Below are positions 47,482-58,900 of a stretch of 64,000 nt of DNA, one piece after another. Where the stretch lies: positions 62,001 to 126,000 of the forward strand of contig JBEKTZ010000010.1 in assembly GCA_049515535.1 (NCBI GenBank), written 5' to 3'. Every line of letters begins with the position of its first letter. Position 1 is the stretch's first letter. The notes under the pieces are model-generated. The model saw only the letters and a program-made list of their open reading frames with translations, ran no database searches and was not told the origin of the DNA. The DNA is from Candidatus Aminicenantales bacterium (GTDB lineage: Bacteria > Acidobacteriota > Aminicenantia > Aminicenantales > UBA4085). The translations under genes were made by a program, and so were the position numbers.

Positions 47482-48849
47482 ATGAATTCAACGATGTGGA
47501 GCCGGCGGGCGTTTCTGCACGCGGGCGGCGCCCTCGGAGTGGCCGCGTTCGCGTTCAAGGCCGACGCCCTCGAAAGGGTCATGGCCGCTACCCAGGCGAT
47601 CGTGAACCGGACGCCGGAGGAGGTCGCGAAAGACGAGTTCTACTGGCGGGAGATCCAACTGGCCTTCAAGCTGGACCGTACGCTGATTAACCTCAATAAC
47701 GGCTTCACCTCGCCGTGCGCCCGGGTCGTGCTCGAGTCGGAATTCCGCTATATGGACATGATCAACATGCTGCCCGTCCATTACCAGGGCATGGTCGCCT
47801 CGAACGCCTCATCGCTCCGCATGAAAATGGCGGCGGAGTTCGGCTGCGACCCCGAGGAGATCGCGTTGACGCGAGGCGCGAGCGAAGCCCTGCAGATCGC
47901 CCAGAACGGGCTCGATCTCAAACCCGGCGACGAGGTCGTCACGACCGAGCAGGATTACCCGCGCATGCTGACGACCTGGGACCAGCGCATGCGACGCGAG
48001 GGGATCAAAGTGACGCGTTTCCAGTTTCCCGTTCCGACGACGGGGGACGACCTCTACCAGAGGTTCGAGAAGGCCATCACCCCGAAGACGAAGGTCTTCC
48101 ATTTCTGCCACACGACCAACCTGACGGCCCAGCTATTCCCGGTGCAGAGGCTGTCGCGCCTGGCCCGCTCGAAGGGGATCGTCACGATCGTCGACGGCGC
48201 GCACGCACTGGGGCAGTTCCCATTCAAGCTGCGGGACCTTGAGTGCGACGCCTACGGCGTCAGCCTGCACAAATGGCTGATGGCCCCAATCGGCAACGGC
48301 CTCCTGTACATGCGCAAGGAGATGATCCCGAAGTTCTGGCCGCTGCAGGCGGCCCCCGAGCAGCAGGACAACGACATCCGCAAGTTCGAGGCCATCGGGA
48401 CGCACCCGTGGGCCATTCGGGCCGCGCTCGGCGAGGCGCTGGCGTTCCATCAGGCCATCGGGGCCGAGCGCAAGGCGGCGCGGTTCCGCTACCTGACCCT
48501 CCGCTGGGCGAACGCGCTCAAAGTCCATCCGCGCATCAAGATTCTGTCGAACATCGGCGAGCCCGCGGAGGTCTGGGCGGTCGCGGCGGTCAATATCGAG
48601 GGGATCGACGTCCGGTCGCTCAATAAGTTCCTGATGGACAAGTATCGGATCGTCTCGGTTTCGCTCGTCGGAGGAGCCCCGCCCAATCAAGTTTTCGATT
48701 ATCAGGCTCTCCGGATATCGCCGAACATCTACACGACGCTCGAGGAAATCGACACGTTCGTCATGGCCATGGAAGACGCGCTGAAGAACGGCGTTCCAAC
48801 GGCCCCGGAGCCGACCCCCAGCGAAAGCATGCAGGAAGGCATGGATTAG
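47482..48849 (+). CDS. Tat-exported class V PLP aminotransferase (isopenicillin-N-epimerase-like)
   Basis: SRRAFL Tat motif, NLNNG, VDGAH and SLHKW PLP lysine. Confidence 0.85.
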   Translation: MNSTMWSRRAFLHAGGALGVAAFAFKADALERVMAATQAIVNRTPEEVAKDEFYWREIQLAFKLDRTLINLNNGFTSPCARVVLESEFRYMDMINMLPVHYQGMVASNASSLRMKMAAEFGCDPEEIALTRGASEALQIAQNGLDLKPGDEVVTTEQDYPRMLTTWDQRMRREGIKVTRFQFPVPTTGDDLYQRFEKAITPKTKVFHFCHTTNLTAQLFPVQRLSRLARSKGIVTIVDGAHALGQFPFKLRDLECDAYGVSLHKWLMAPIGNGLLYMRKEMIPKFWPLQAAPEQQDNDIRKFEAIGTHPWAIRAALGEALAFHQAIGAERKAARFRYLTLRWANALKVHPRIKILSNIGEPAEVWAVAAVNIEGIDVRSLNKFLMDKYRIVSVSLVGGAPPNQVFDYQALRISPNIYTTLEEIDTFVMAMEDALKNGVPTAPEPTPSESMQEGMD

Positions 48850-48879
48850 GTGAAGCGGGCCGGAAAAGGGAGGATTCAC

Positions 48880-49305
48880 ATGAAACGTTTGGTTTTTTTA
48901 GCCGGCGGGGCAATGGCCTTTATTCTCATCGCGGGCGGCGCCCTGGCCTATGCCCAGGGCGCTTTCAAGATCCCGTTCAAGTTCGAAGCGGGCGGCAAGA
49001 AGTTTCCGCCGGGCGAGTATTGGGTTGCCCCGAAAGGCGATGGCCAGATCGCGCTTCGGCAGGAATCGACCGGCACGGAAGTCCAAATCCCCTTCATCAA
49101 GCGGTTGGAGCAGCCAAAGCCGGCCATCGAGGAGCCCCGGCTTGTCTTCGACATGGTCGGGAATTTTGAGCCGTCCTATACCGAATACGTCACGGACTAC
49201 GTGCTGGCGGAACTGTGGCTGCCGGGGGGGGACGGATTCCTCGTGCATACCTTGAAGGGAGCGCACCAGTCCCAGATCGTCAAAGGGCAGATCGCCAAGA
49301 AGTAG
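48880..49305 (+). CDS. Secreted hypothetical protein
   Basis: GGAGG RBS, signal peptide and IPFKF.AGGK.FPPGEY.V motif. Confidence 0.7.
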   Translation: MKRLVFLAGGAMAFILIAGGALAYAQGAFKIPFKFEAGGKKFPPGEYWVAPKGDGQIALRQESTGTEVQIPFIKRLEQPKPAIEEPRLVFDMVGNFEPSYTEYVTDYVLAELWLPGGDGFLVHTLKGAHQSQIVKGQIAKK

Positions 49306-49371
49306 CTCGGGCCCGGGAGAGGCCAAGGAAAAGAAGGAGGACAAAATGATTTGGACAGAGGAAAATCGCCC

Positions 49372-50040
49372 ATGAAGAGAATTCTGACGTTATTCGTCTT
49401 GGTGGTTTTCTTATATGCGGCCGTCAACTGCGCGTCTTGGAACCAGACCACGCGGGGCGCTGTGATCGGCGGCGCAGGCGGCGCCGTCCTCGGCGGGGTG
49501 ATCGGCCATGCCGCCGGAAACACCCTGCTCGGCGCGATTCTCGGGGCGGCCGTCGGCGGAGGGGCCGGCGCTATTATCGGGAATTATATGGACAAACAGG
49601 CCGCGGAAATGCAGCGGGATCTTAAAGGGGCCGAAGTCCAGCGCATCGGGGAAGGCATTAAAATCACCTTTGACAGCGGGATTCTTTTTGACATTGACAA
49701 ATCCGACCTCCGGCCGGTCAGCAAAACAAACCTGGCCGAGCTGGCCAAAATCCTGAATAAATATCCCGATACCAACATTCTTATCGAAGGCCATACGGAC
49801 AACACCGGATCGGATGACCACAACATGAGCCTTTCGAAGGACCGCGCTCAGTCCGTGGCTTTTAACCTGGCGACACTCGAGGTGAAGTCGGCGAGGTTCT
49901 CGATAGCCGGCTTCGGCGAAACGCAGCCGATCGTGACGAACGATACGCCCGAAGGCCGGCAGAAAAACCGCCGGGTGGATATCGCTGTTCTCGCCAACGA
50001 TAAGCTGAAAAAGGCCGCGCAGGAAAAGGCGAAAGGCTGA
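49372..50040 (+). CDS. OmpA-family lipoprotein with glycine zipper
   Basis: Lipoprotein Cys, Gly-zipper, FDSGILFD, EGHTD and NRRVDI. Confidence 0.92.
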   Translation: MKRILTLFVLVVFLYAAVNCASWNQTTRGAVIGGAGGAVLGGVIGHAAGNTLLGAILGAAVGGGAGAIIGNYMDKQAAEMQRDLKGAEVQRIGEGIKITFDSGILFDIDKSDLRPVSKTNLAELAKILNKYPDTNILIEGHTDNTGSDDHNMSLSKDRAQSVAFNLATLEVKSARFSIAGFGETQPIVTNDTPEGRQKNRRVDIAVLANDKLKKAAQEKAKG

Positions 50041-50433
50041 TTGATTAAGAGGAGATAGTGATAGCCCCAGTAGGATAGTGCGGCATGAAATATCCTATTC
50101 AACAGGAAATGTGCTGTTTTATGGGTCAATTTCTCAGGCGGGAAACCAGCTCAATTTGTCTAAGCGGAGGCTTTGAATCGCCGGTCACCTGAAATTCCGC
50201 CTTTTTCCAGAGAGGAAATCAATTTCCTGACATTCTGAGAACGCGGAAAGATTCTGGCATGAAAACTGCGTTTAGACAGATAGCTTCTCCCCAGCTGATG
50301 ATAGTGTTGCTCTCTTCCTTTGCCGCTGCTTTTCAGAAGCCGGCGGCCCAACGGGAAGGGATGACCCATCAGCTGGGAACGCGTCGCGGCGCAACAGGCG
50401 CCGAGAACAAGGTGGCGTGAAAAGGAACATCGC

Positions 50434-51927
50434 ATGAACACGATCAGGACGAGTGAAAAACAGCACCGGGCTATTTTACAGAGCATCGCTCAGCGAGCGA
50501 TGATGGATCGAGGCTTACTCCCTGACTTTTCTCCCGAAGCGCTCGCCGAACTTGACAGGATTCAGGCCCCCGCCGCCGCGAATGGTGAGGCCATTCGTGA
50601 CCTCACCAATCTTCTCTGGGCGTCCATCGATAACGACGACTCCCGCGACTTGGATCAGCTGACCGTTTCCGAGGTCATGCCCGGAGACAAGGTCAAAATC
50701 CTTGTGGCCGTCGCCGACGTGGATTCGATCGTCAAAAAAGGATCCGCCATTGACGATCACGCTCGCCACAATACGACCTCGGTTTATACCGCGGCCATGA
50801 TATTCCCCATGCTGCCTGAAAAGCTGTCCACCGACCTCACCTCACTGAACTTTAAGGCCGATCGCCTCTCCTTCGTCATTGAAATGGTGATTGGCCCGGA
50901 TGGATCCGTGCGGGACTCTCAGATCTATCGAGCGCGTGTCCGCAATCAGGCGAAGCTTGCCTATAACAGCGTGGCTGCCTGGCTTGAGGGGAATGGAGCT
51001 GTGCCGGAAGCCGTCGCGGCCGTCATTGCGCTCGACGAGAATCTGCGCACGCAGGACCGGGCCGCGCAGAGTCTGAGGAATCTACGGCATGTCCATGGGG
51101 CGCTGAGTTTGGAAACCATCAAGGCGAAACCGATCTTTGACGGCGATCAACTCCGTGATCTCGAAGTCGAAAACAAGAACCGCGCCACGGACATTATTGA
51201 GGATTTCATGATCGCGGCCAACGGCATAACCGCCCGGTACCTCGCGGCGAGGAAATTCCCTTCCATCCGCCGCGTGGTCCGTGAGCCAAAACGCTGGGAT
51301 CGGATTGTCGAGATTGCCGGGGAACACAAATTCAGGCTGCCCGCTCATCCGGATCCAAAAGCGCTGGACGAGTTTCTCATCAAGGAGAAAGCCGCCGATC
51401 CGCTTCGATTCCCTGACCTCTCCCTCGCGGTCATCAAACTCTTAGGAGCGGGTGAATACATGGCCGAGCTTCCCGGCGATACGGCCCCGGGACACTTTGG
51501 TCTCGCCGTCAAGGACTATGCCCATTCCACCGCCCCGAATCGTCGCTATCCCGATCTGATCACCCAACGCTTACTGAAGGCCGCCATAGCGGGCGATTCC
51601 TGGCCCTATAGCAAGGATGAACTGGATGCCCTGGCCAAACACTGCACCGAAGAAGAGGATGCGGCTGACAAAGTCGAGCGGCAGGTCGACAAATCCGCGG
51701 CGGCGCTTCTTCTTGAATCGAGAATCAACGAACAGTTTGAGGCCATTGTCACGGGTGCTTCTGATAAAGGCACCTGGGTGCGGCTCCTCTATATGCCGGT
51801 GGAAGGGAAACTGGTTAATGGGTTCGACGGCCTGGATGTCGGCGACCGGGTTCGCGTGCAACTGATTTCGATCGATGTCGAGCGGGGCTTTATCGATTTC
51901 AAGAAAGTGGGCTCAGCCGGACGTTGA
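50434..51927 (+). CDS. RNB-domain exoribonuclease (RNase II/R family)
   Basis: SIDNDDSRDLDQ, IEDFMIAAN, HFGL..Y.HSTAPNRRYPDL and C-terminal S1-like domain. Confidence 0.9.
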   Translation: MNTIRTSEKQHRAILQSIAQRAMMDRGLLPDFSPEALAELDRIQAPAAANGEAIRDLTNLLWASIDNDDSRDLDQLTVSEVMPGDKVKILVAVADVDSIVKKGSAIDDHARHNTTSVYTAAMIFPMLPEKLSTDLTSLNFKADRLSFVIEMVIGPDGSVRDSQIYRARVRNQAKLAYNSVAAWLEGNGAVPEAVAAVIALDENLRTQDRAAQSLRNLRHVHGALSLETIKAKPIFDGDQLRDLEVENKNRATDIIEDFMIAANGITARYLAARKFPSIRRVVREPKRWDRIVEIAGEHKFRLPAHPDPKALDEFLIKEKAADPLRFPDLSLAVIKLLGAGEYMAELPGDTAPGHFGLAVKDYAHSTAPNRRYPDLITQRLLKAAIAGDSWPYSKDELDALAKHCTEEEDAADKVERQVDKSAAALLLESRINEQFEAIVTGASDKGTWVRLLYMPVEGKLVNGFDGLDVGDRVRVQLISIDVERGFIDFKKVGSAGR

Positions 51928-51999
51928 CCGATTATTCCGCGCGTCTGATCGGCCCGGCCAACCGATCGGTGTTTATTATTGCTAAAGGAGGAATGACCG

Positions 52000-52956
52000 A
52001 TGTTTAACCGAATTCTCCTCCCCTTGGATCGCTCGGCGCTCGCCGAGTGCGTGTTGCCGCATACGATCGCCGTCGCGCGCGCGTTCGAATCCCAAGTCAC
52101 GCTCCTGCATGTGATGGATACGCCTCGCGAAGCGCGCTGGCGGCGGGCGATGGATCCGCTCAATTGGCAAATCCGCAAAGCCAAAGCGAAAACGTATTTG
52201 CACGAATTGGACCTGCGCCTGCAAGCAGCCGGCTTGCTCACGGAAACGCACATCCTCGAAGGGTTTGCGGCTGAACAAGTCATCGGGTTTTCGGACACCC
52301 ACGCGCCCCAACTGATCATCCTGAGCAGTCACGGGCAAAGCGGTTTGAGTGACTGGGGCGTGAGCAGCGTCGTGCAGAAAATTGCTCTGCGCGCGCGCAC
52401 TTCGGTGATGATCGTGCGCGCGGCTCAGCCCATGGCGCCGGACGTCACGGGCTTGCGCTATCAGCGCATCCTCGTGCCGATGGATGGCACCCAACGCGCC
52501 GAGTCCATCCTGCCCGCCGCCGCCACCCTGGCGCGCGCACACGACGCGCAAATCGTGTTGGTGCACATCGTCCAGAAGCCCTCCATGCCCCGGAGGACGC
52601 CGCCCAGCCGCGAGGATGTCGAGCTGGTTGACCGGCTCGTGGAGCGCAATCAGGCAGAAGCGACCCAGTACCTGGATCAACTGCGGTCGCGGATTGCCGG
52701 GAACGTTGAAGCGCGCGTCCTCGTCAGCGATCGCCTCGCGGCAACGTTGCATGAATTGGTCGAGCAGGAAAAAACCGACCTGGTGCTGCTCAGCGCGCAT
52801 GGTCGCTCCGGTCAAACCCGCAGGCTTTATGGCGATGTGGTCACCCATTTGATTGCGTATGGCACGACGCCGCTGGTCATCATGGAAGATCGGGCGCAAA
52901 CCCAAACAGCGCCCACTCCAATCGAAGTGGCTAACGGCGAACCCGGAAGGCCATAA
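52000..52956 (+). CDS. Tandem universal stress protein
   Basis: Two RIL.P.D.S/T..AE..LP.....SSHG.SG USP domains. AAGGAGG RBS. Confidence 0.9.
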   Translation: MFNRILLPLDRSALAECVLPHTIAVARAFESQVTLLHVMDTPREARWRRAMDPLNWQIRKAKAKTYLHELDLRLQAAGLLTETHILEGFAAEQVIGFSDTHAPQLIILSSHGQSGLSDWGVSSVVQKIALRARTSVMIVRAAQPMAPDVTGLRYQRILVPMDGTQRAESILPAAATLARAHDAQIVLVHIVQKPSMPRRTPPSREDVELVDRLVERNQAEATQYLDQLRSRIAGNVEARVLVSDRLAATLHELVEQEKTDLVLLSAHGRSGQTRRLYGDVVTHLIAYGTTPLVIMEDRAQTQTAPTPIEVANGEPGRP

Positions 52957-52959
52957 CGC

Positions 52960-55900
52960 ATGGCCAGTCCGTCCTTTCCGTTGCCCAATTATTTGCACGC
53001 CCAAGAAGAGCTGTTTCGCGCAGCGACGCGGCAGTTGCAGTCCAAGTCCAACACCCACTCGCTCTCCGAGGCCGCCGAGTGGCTGCCGGATAATTTCTAT
53101 CTGGTCCAACAAACCTGCCGCCAAATCCGCGAGGATATGCCGTCCAGTTTCTATCGCCAATTGCCGAAACGCGACGCAGGGCCGCTGCAGGGTTATCCGC
53201 GTGTCTATGCCGTCGCGCAAAAATTGATCGTGATGGGCAAGGCGCGGCTCGATCTGGATCACATCACGCGCTTTGTGCATCTCTATCAGGACCTCGCGCA
53301 ACTGACAATGGGAGAATTGTGGGCCCTGCCCGTGATGCTCCGCCTTGGGCTCGTCGAGTTCCTGGCGCAAAGCGTCAGCCGCATCACCGATCTGCCCCGG
53401 GCAAATTCGCTCCCCACGCTAACCTTGCCCCACCCGATCACCGGTGATGAGACTGTCGCCAACTGCATTACGAGTCTGCACATGCTGGCCACCCAGGATT
53501 GGCAAGACTTTTTTGAAAGCGTCAGCCGGGTCGAACACATTCTGCGCGACGATCCAGCGAACGTCTATGCCAAAATGGATCGGGAGACACGCGACCGCTA
53601 TCGCAAGGTGATCGAAAAGTTGGCGCGCGCCACCGGCCAGGATGAGCAATCCGTCGCGGGCCAAGCGATTGACCTGGCTCGGGCCTATTCACAGTCGGCA
53701 ACACCGCGCGCCGCGCACGTCGGCTACTATCTGCTCGATGCGGGCCGTGCGCAGCTCGACGCGCGCGTGGGCTATCATGTGCCCATGAGCTCGCGCGTGC
53801 GCCGCGGGGCATTGGATCATCCAACGCCGGTGTATCTCGGCGGCATTGGGTTGATCACGCTCATCGTTGTGCTCGGCGGCATCCTCTATGCAAGAGAGAC
53901 CGACGCGAATCTTTGGCAAGAGCTGGCGGCCGGACTTCTGTTGCTCATCCCGGCGCTTACCGTGTCCGTCAGTCTAATTAACTGGATCATCACGCTGGCC
54001 ATTCCACCGCGCGTTTTGCCCAAGATGGATTTTGAGGACAACATCCCGGCCGAGTACAAGACACTGGTGGTCATCCCCTCGCTGTTGTCCAGTGCTGCCG
54101 AAGTCAAGTCGTTGCTCAAACAAGTGGAATTGCACTTTTTGCGAAGCCAGGGCCCGCATCTGTACTTTGCGCTGCTCACTGATTTGCCCGACACGCCACA
54201 ACAGCCCAAGTCCCGCGCTGACCCGTTGGTTGCACAAGTCACCGCTGGCATCTGTGCGCTCAATGAAAAATATCAGCGAGAAACGGCGGGGCCATTTTAT
54301 CTCTTTCATCGCGATCCCAAATGGAATCCGCACGAAGAGCGCTGGATGGGTTGGGAGCGCAAACGCGGCAAATTGCATCAACTCAATCTGTTGCTGCGCG
54401 GCGGCGCAGAAACGGCTTTCAGCGTGCAGACGGGCGACCTGGATGTGTTGCCTGAGATCAAGTACGTCATCACCCTGGATGCCGACACGCTGATGCCGCG
54501 CGAAGCCGCGCACCGCCTGGTCGCCACGCTTGCGCATCCGCTCAATCGGGCCGAGTTCGATCCGCGCAGTGGCGCCGTCATCGCCGGGTACACTTTGCTG
54601 CAACCCGGGATCGAGATCACGTCCACCAGCGTCAACCGCTCGCGCTTTACGCGCATCTTTGCCGGCGATGTCGGCCTAGATTTGTACTCACGCGCGGTGT
54701 CGAACGCGTATCAAGATTTGTTTGGCGAAGGTAGTTACGTAGGCAAGGGCATCTATGAAATTGACGCCTTCGAACGCAGCCTCGCAGGTCGGATGCCGGA
54801 AAATGCGTTACTCAGTCACGATTTGATCGAAGGGATTCACGGGCGCGTCGGGTTAGTCACCGACGTCGTCTTGTACGAAAACTATCCGCCGCATTACTTT
54901 GTTTATCTGCGTCGCTCGCGCCGCTGGATTCGCGGAGACTGGCAGTTGTTGCCCTGGCTCTTGCCGCGGGTTCCCGCGGTTGACAAAGGCACGATCCCGA
55001 ATGATCTCTCCGTCATCAGCCGCTGGAAAATTCTGGACAACCTGCGCCGCAGTCTGCTGGCGCCGGCTCTGCTCGCGCTGTTTGTGGCCGGCTGGCTGTG
55101 GTTGCCCGGCTCGCCGTTGGTGTGGGCGCTCGCGGGCGGGCTGACCCTCGCCGTGCCGGTTCTCACCGGTTTAGTGCTCGGCTTGGTTCAAGCCGTGAGC
55201 GGGAGTCCCTGGCGGCGGGTTTTCCGCGCGTTTCAAACCGGCCTCGCGCGCTGGGTGTTGAGGCTGGCCTTTATTCTCTACGAAACATTGCTCACGCTCG
55301 GTGGAATAGCGACCACGCTCGTTCGCTTATTCGTCACACGCAAACACCTGTTGCAATGGACCAGCTACGCGGATACGGTTCGGTTATTTGCGGGCGGCGT
55401 GACGTTTAACCATATTCTTGCGGCGATACTTTCAACCGGCGCATTGGCTGGGTTGATCATCTTGATCAATCCCACCGCGTTGTTTGTGGCGTTGCCGCTC
55501 TTGATCGTTTGGCTGCTTTCGCCAATGATCGCCTGGTGGATCAGCCGTCCGATCGACCACGTCCCCGATCCGCTGTCCGCCGACGAGACCGCGCGGCTTC
55601 GCAATCTGGCGCGGCGCACCTGGTCCTTTTTCGAACAGTTCGTCGGTCCCGAAGATCACTGGCTGCCGCCGGATCATTTTCAGGAAGCGCCGCGCGGCAT
55701 AATCGCCCATCAGACATCGCCGACGAACCTGGGGCTGTTCTTGCTTTCGACGCTGGCTGCGTATGATCTGGGCTACATCGGCTTGAGCGATTTGTCCGCC
55801 CGCTTGCGTGCGACATTTGAAAGCATGGCCCAGCTCGAAAAATATCGGGGGCATTTTTTGAACTGGTACGAGACCCGGACACTCGCGCCGCTGACGCCGC

Positions 55901-58900
55901 GTTACGTTTCCACGATCGACAGCGGCAACCTGGTCGCCTCTCTCCGCACGCTGGGACAAGGGTGTCAGACCTTGCGGCACCAACCGGTCTTGCGCCGGAA
56001 GAATTGGGAAGGCTTGCTCGATACACTGAGTCTCTTCAATGAGGTTGCGCACGATCTGCCGGCAGATGCCGTTGGGCCGCTCCAATCCGCGCTGGCAAAA
56101 ATGCGGCAAAACGTCGTAGCAGCGCAAAACGATTCCGAGGCCTGGGTGCCGCTGTTGAATCAGTTGACCGGCGAGCGTTGGAACGAACTCAACCAAGCGT
56201 TGCTGGCGCTCGTCGCATCCAGCGCCAGCACGTTGGACGCTGACACGCTCAACAAACTCAGTCTCGCGGCTGATCGCACACAGAATCATTTGTACGGTAT
56301 ACAACGTGAGATCGAACAACTTGCGCCCTGGCTCGTGTTGATGAGCCAACCGCCCGCGCTGTTCGCGCGCCCCGATGGGGCATCCGCGATCCGCGAAGCT
56401 TGGCAAGCCCTGCGCGCCGGCTTGCCCACTGCGCCCATGCTTGAAGAAATCGGGTCCGTCTGCACAACCGGCTTGGCGAACCTGCAACGTCTCCGCGACC
56501 TTGCAGGTTTTGATCCCGAAGCCCGCGAGTGGTGCACGCGCCTCGCCCAAAAATTACCAATCGCCATGATGACAGCCGACGTTGTGTTGATCGGCTTTCA
56601 AGATTTGGAACAGCAAGCCGCGCAGCATGTCCAGGCCATGGATTTTCGCTTCGTGTTTGATGAGCAGCGGCAATTGTTTCACATCGGCTACAACGTCACA
56701 GCCGAAAGACTGGATCCCAACTACTATGATTTGCTCGTCTCCGAAGCGCGGATCGCCAGTATCGTCACCATCGCCCGGAATGAGGTTCCGCCAAGTCACT
56801 GGCTGCACCTGGGCCGTCCGCTGACCCAGGTTGATGGCAGGCGCGCGCTGTTATCCTGGGGGGGCACGATGTTCGAGTATCTGATGCCCGCACTGCTGAT
56901 GCGCAATTACGAAGGGACGCTGTTACAGCACAGTTGTCTGGCCGCAGTGGATGGACAAATCGATTACGGCAAACACAAGAAGGTACCGTGGGGCATTTCC
57001 GAATCGGGCTATTATGCGTTTGACGCGGATCAGAATTATCAGTATCGCACCTTTGGCGTGCCTGGCTTTGGGTTCAGGCGGAACCTGACCGAAGACCTTG
57101 TCGTTGCACCTTACGCTTCGCTACTCGCGCTGTCGTTGCGTCCGCACAAAGTGATAGAGAACATCGCACGCCTGGACGAGTTGCAGATGCTGGGCCCGCA
57201 CGGTTTCTACGAATCTATTGATTTTTCGCCCACGCGACTTCCGTTCGGCGAAACGCACGCCATCGTGCGTTCGTATATGGCGCATCACCAGGGGATGATC
57301 CTACTCTCCCTCGTCAACTACTTGCACGACAACATCATGGTGCGACGCTTCCACGCCGATCCGATCGTGCGGAGTGTCGAATTATTCCTGCAAGAAAAAG
57401 TGCCGTACGATGCGCCACTCGAAGCGGTGCAACCGGAGGACATGCGCGCCACCCGACAAGATCCAGTTCGGCAGCAGGTCAGCGCTTCGCCGTGGAGTGT
57501 GTCGGCGCAGTCGCCCGCGCCCCAGGTTCATTTCCTGTCGAATGGACATTACGGCGTGCTGATGACGAGCGCGGGAGCTGGATTTAGCAGCTGGCAGGAC
57601 CTTGACCTCACGCGGTGGCGCGCCGACACGACACGCGAGGACTGCGGCGCCTGGGTCTATCTTCAGGACCTGGAGAACGGCGATGTGTGGTCGGCCGCTG
57701 ATCAACCGACGGCCGCACCGCCTGAGAGCCAGGCCGTGCAGTTCTATCCGCATATGGCAGAATTTCGGCGCAACGATCACGGCATCGGTCTGACGATGGA
57801 CATCACCGTCGCGCCAGAAGACGATGTCGAGATTCGCCGCATCTCGCTCACGAATCACGGCGAGCGCGTGCGACGAATCGCACTGACGAGTTACGGCGAA
57901 ATCATCCTTGCGCCGCAAGCCGCTGATGCGCGCCATCCAGCCTTCAACAATCTGTTTATCGAAAGCGAATATGTGCCGGAAACGAACGTGCTCCTCTTTC
58001 GGCGTCGGCCCCGTTCGGCGAGTGAAGAACTCATCTACCTGGCGCATTCCGCGACGGGCTCGCCGGGACACTCAATCACCGGCGCGTATGAAACCGACCG
58101 GGCGCGATTCCTGGGGCGCGGCCGGACGCTTCGCGCGCCGGCCGCATTGAGTGCGAAGGACGGGCTGTCCGCGACGACTGGCGCAACGCTTGATCCAATT
58201 ATGGCGCTCGGCCAAACCATCGAACTGCAACCGCACGCCTCGGCGCAGGTGAGTTTTATCACGCTGGCGGCGCGGTCACGCGACAAGGCTTTGACGTTGG
58301 CGCAGCGCTATCAAGACGCGCGAACGATCGAGCGGGCCTTTGAGCAAGCGCGGGTGCGCGCCGAATTGGAACTGAACCAACTCGATCTGACGGTGACGGA
58401 CTTGGAGCTGATCGAACAGCTTTTGTCGGCCCTGATGTATCCGCGGTCCGCCTTACGCGCGAACGCCGCAACACTCGCAGCGAATCGCAAGGGACAAGCG
58501 GGCCTGTGGCGCTTTAGCATCTCCGGCGATTATCCCATCCTGCTGGTGCGGATGAACACAACGGAAGACCTGGCCTTGGTGCAACAAGCGCTCCAAGCGC
58601 ACACCTACTGGCGCAATCGGGGCATCAAGATTGACCTGGTCATTCTCAACCAGCAGGGAACGACGTACGGGCAAGAATTGCGCGGTCAACTCCAGCGCGT
58701 CCTCGTCCGTCAAAACAGCGAGGACTGGTTTAATCGGCGCGGCGGCATCTTTACTTTGTATGCCGATCAGCTGAGCGAAGCCGATCGGGTGTTGTTGGAA
58801 ACGGCCGCGCGCGTTGTGCTCAACGGGACGCAGGGTTCACTCGCTCAGCAATTGCAAGTGCTGCACAAACCCGTGACGCAGCTGCCGGCCTTTGTTCCCA

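Noticed and set aside
17911..50165. ATTTGTCTAAGC shared by 17914 and 50155
   Set aside because: A 12-nt match is expected by chance in 64 kb, and there is no supporting integrase.
50190..50433. M-box (ykoK) riboswitch for the mgtA-containing block
   Set aside because: The conserved UAGGUGAGGC core was not found.
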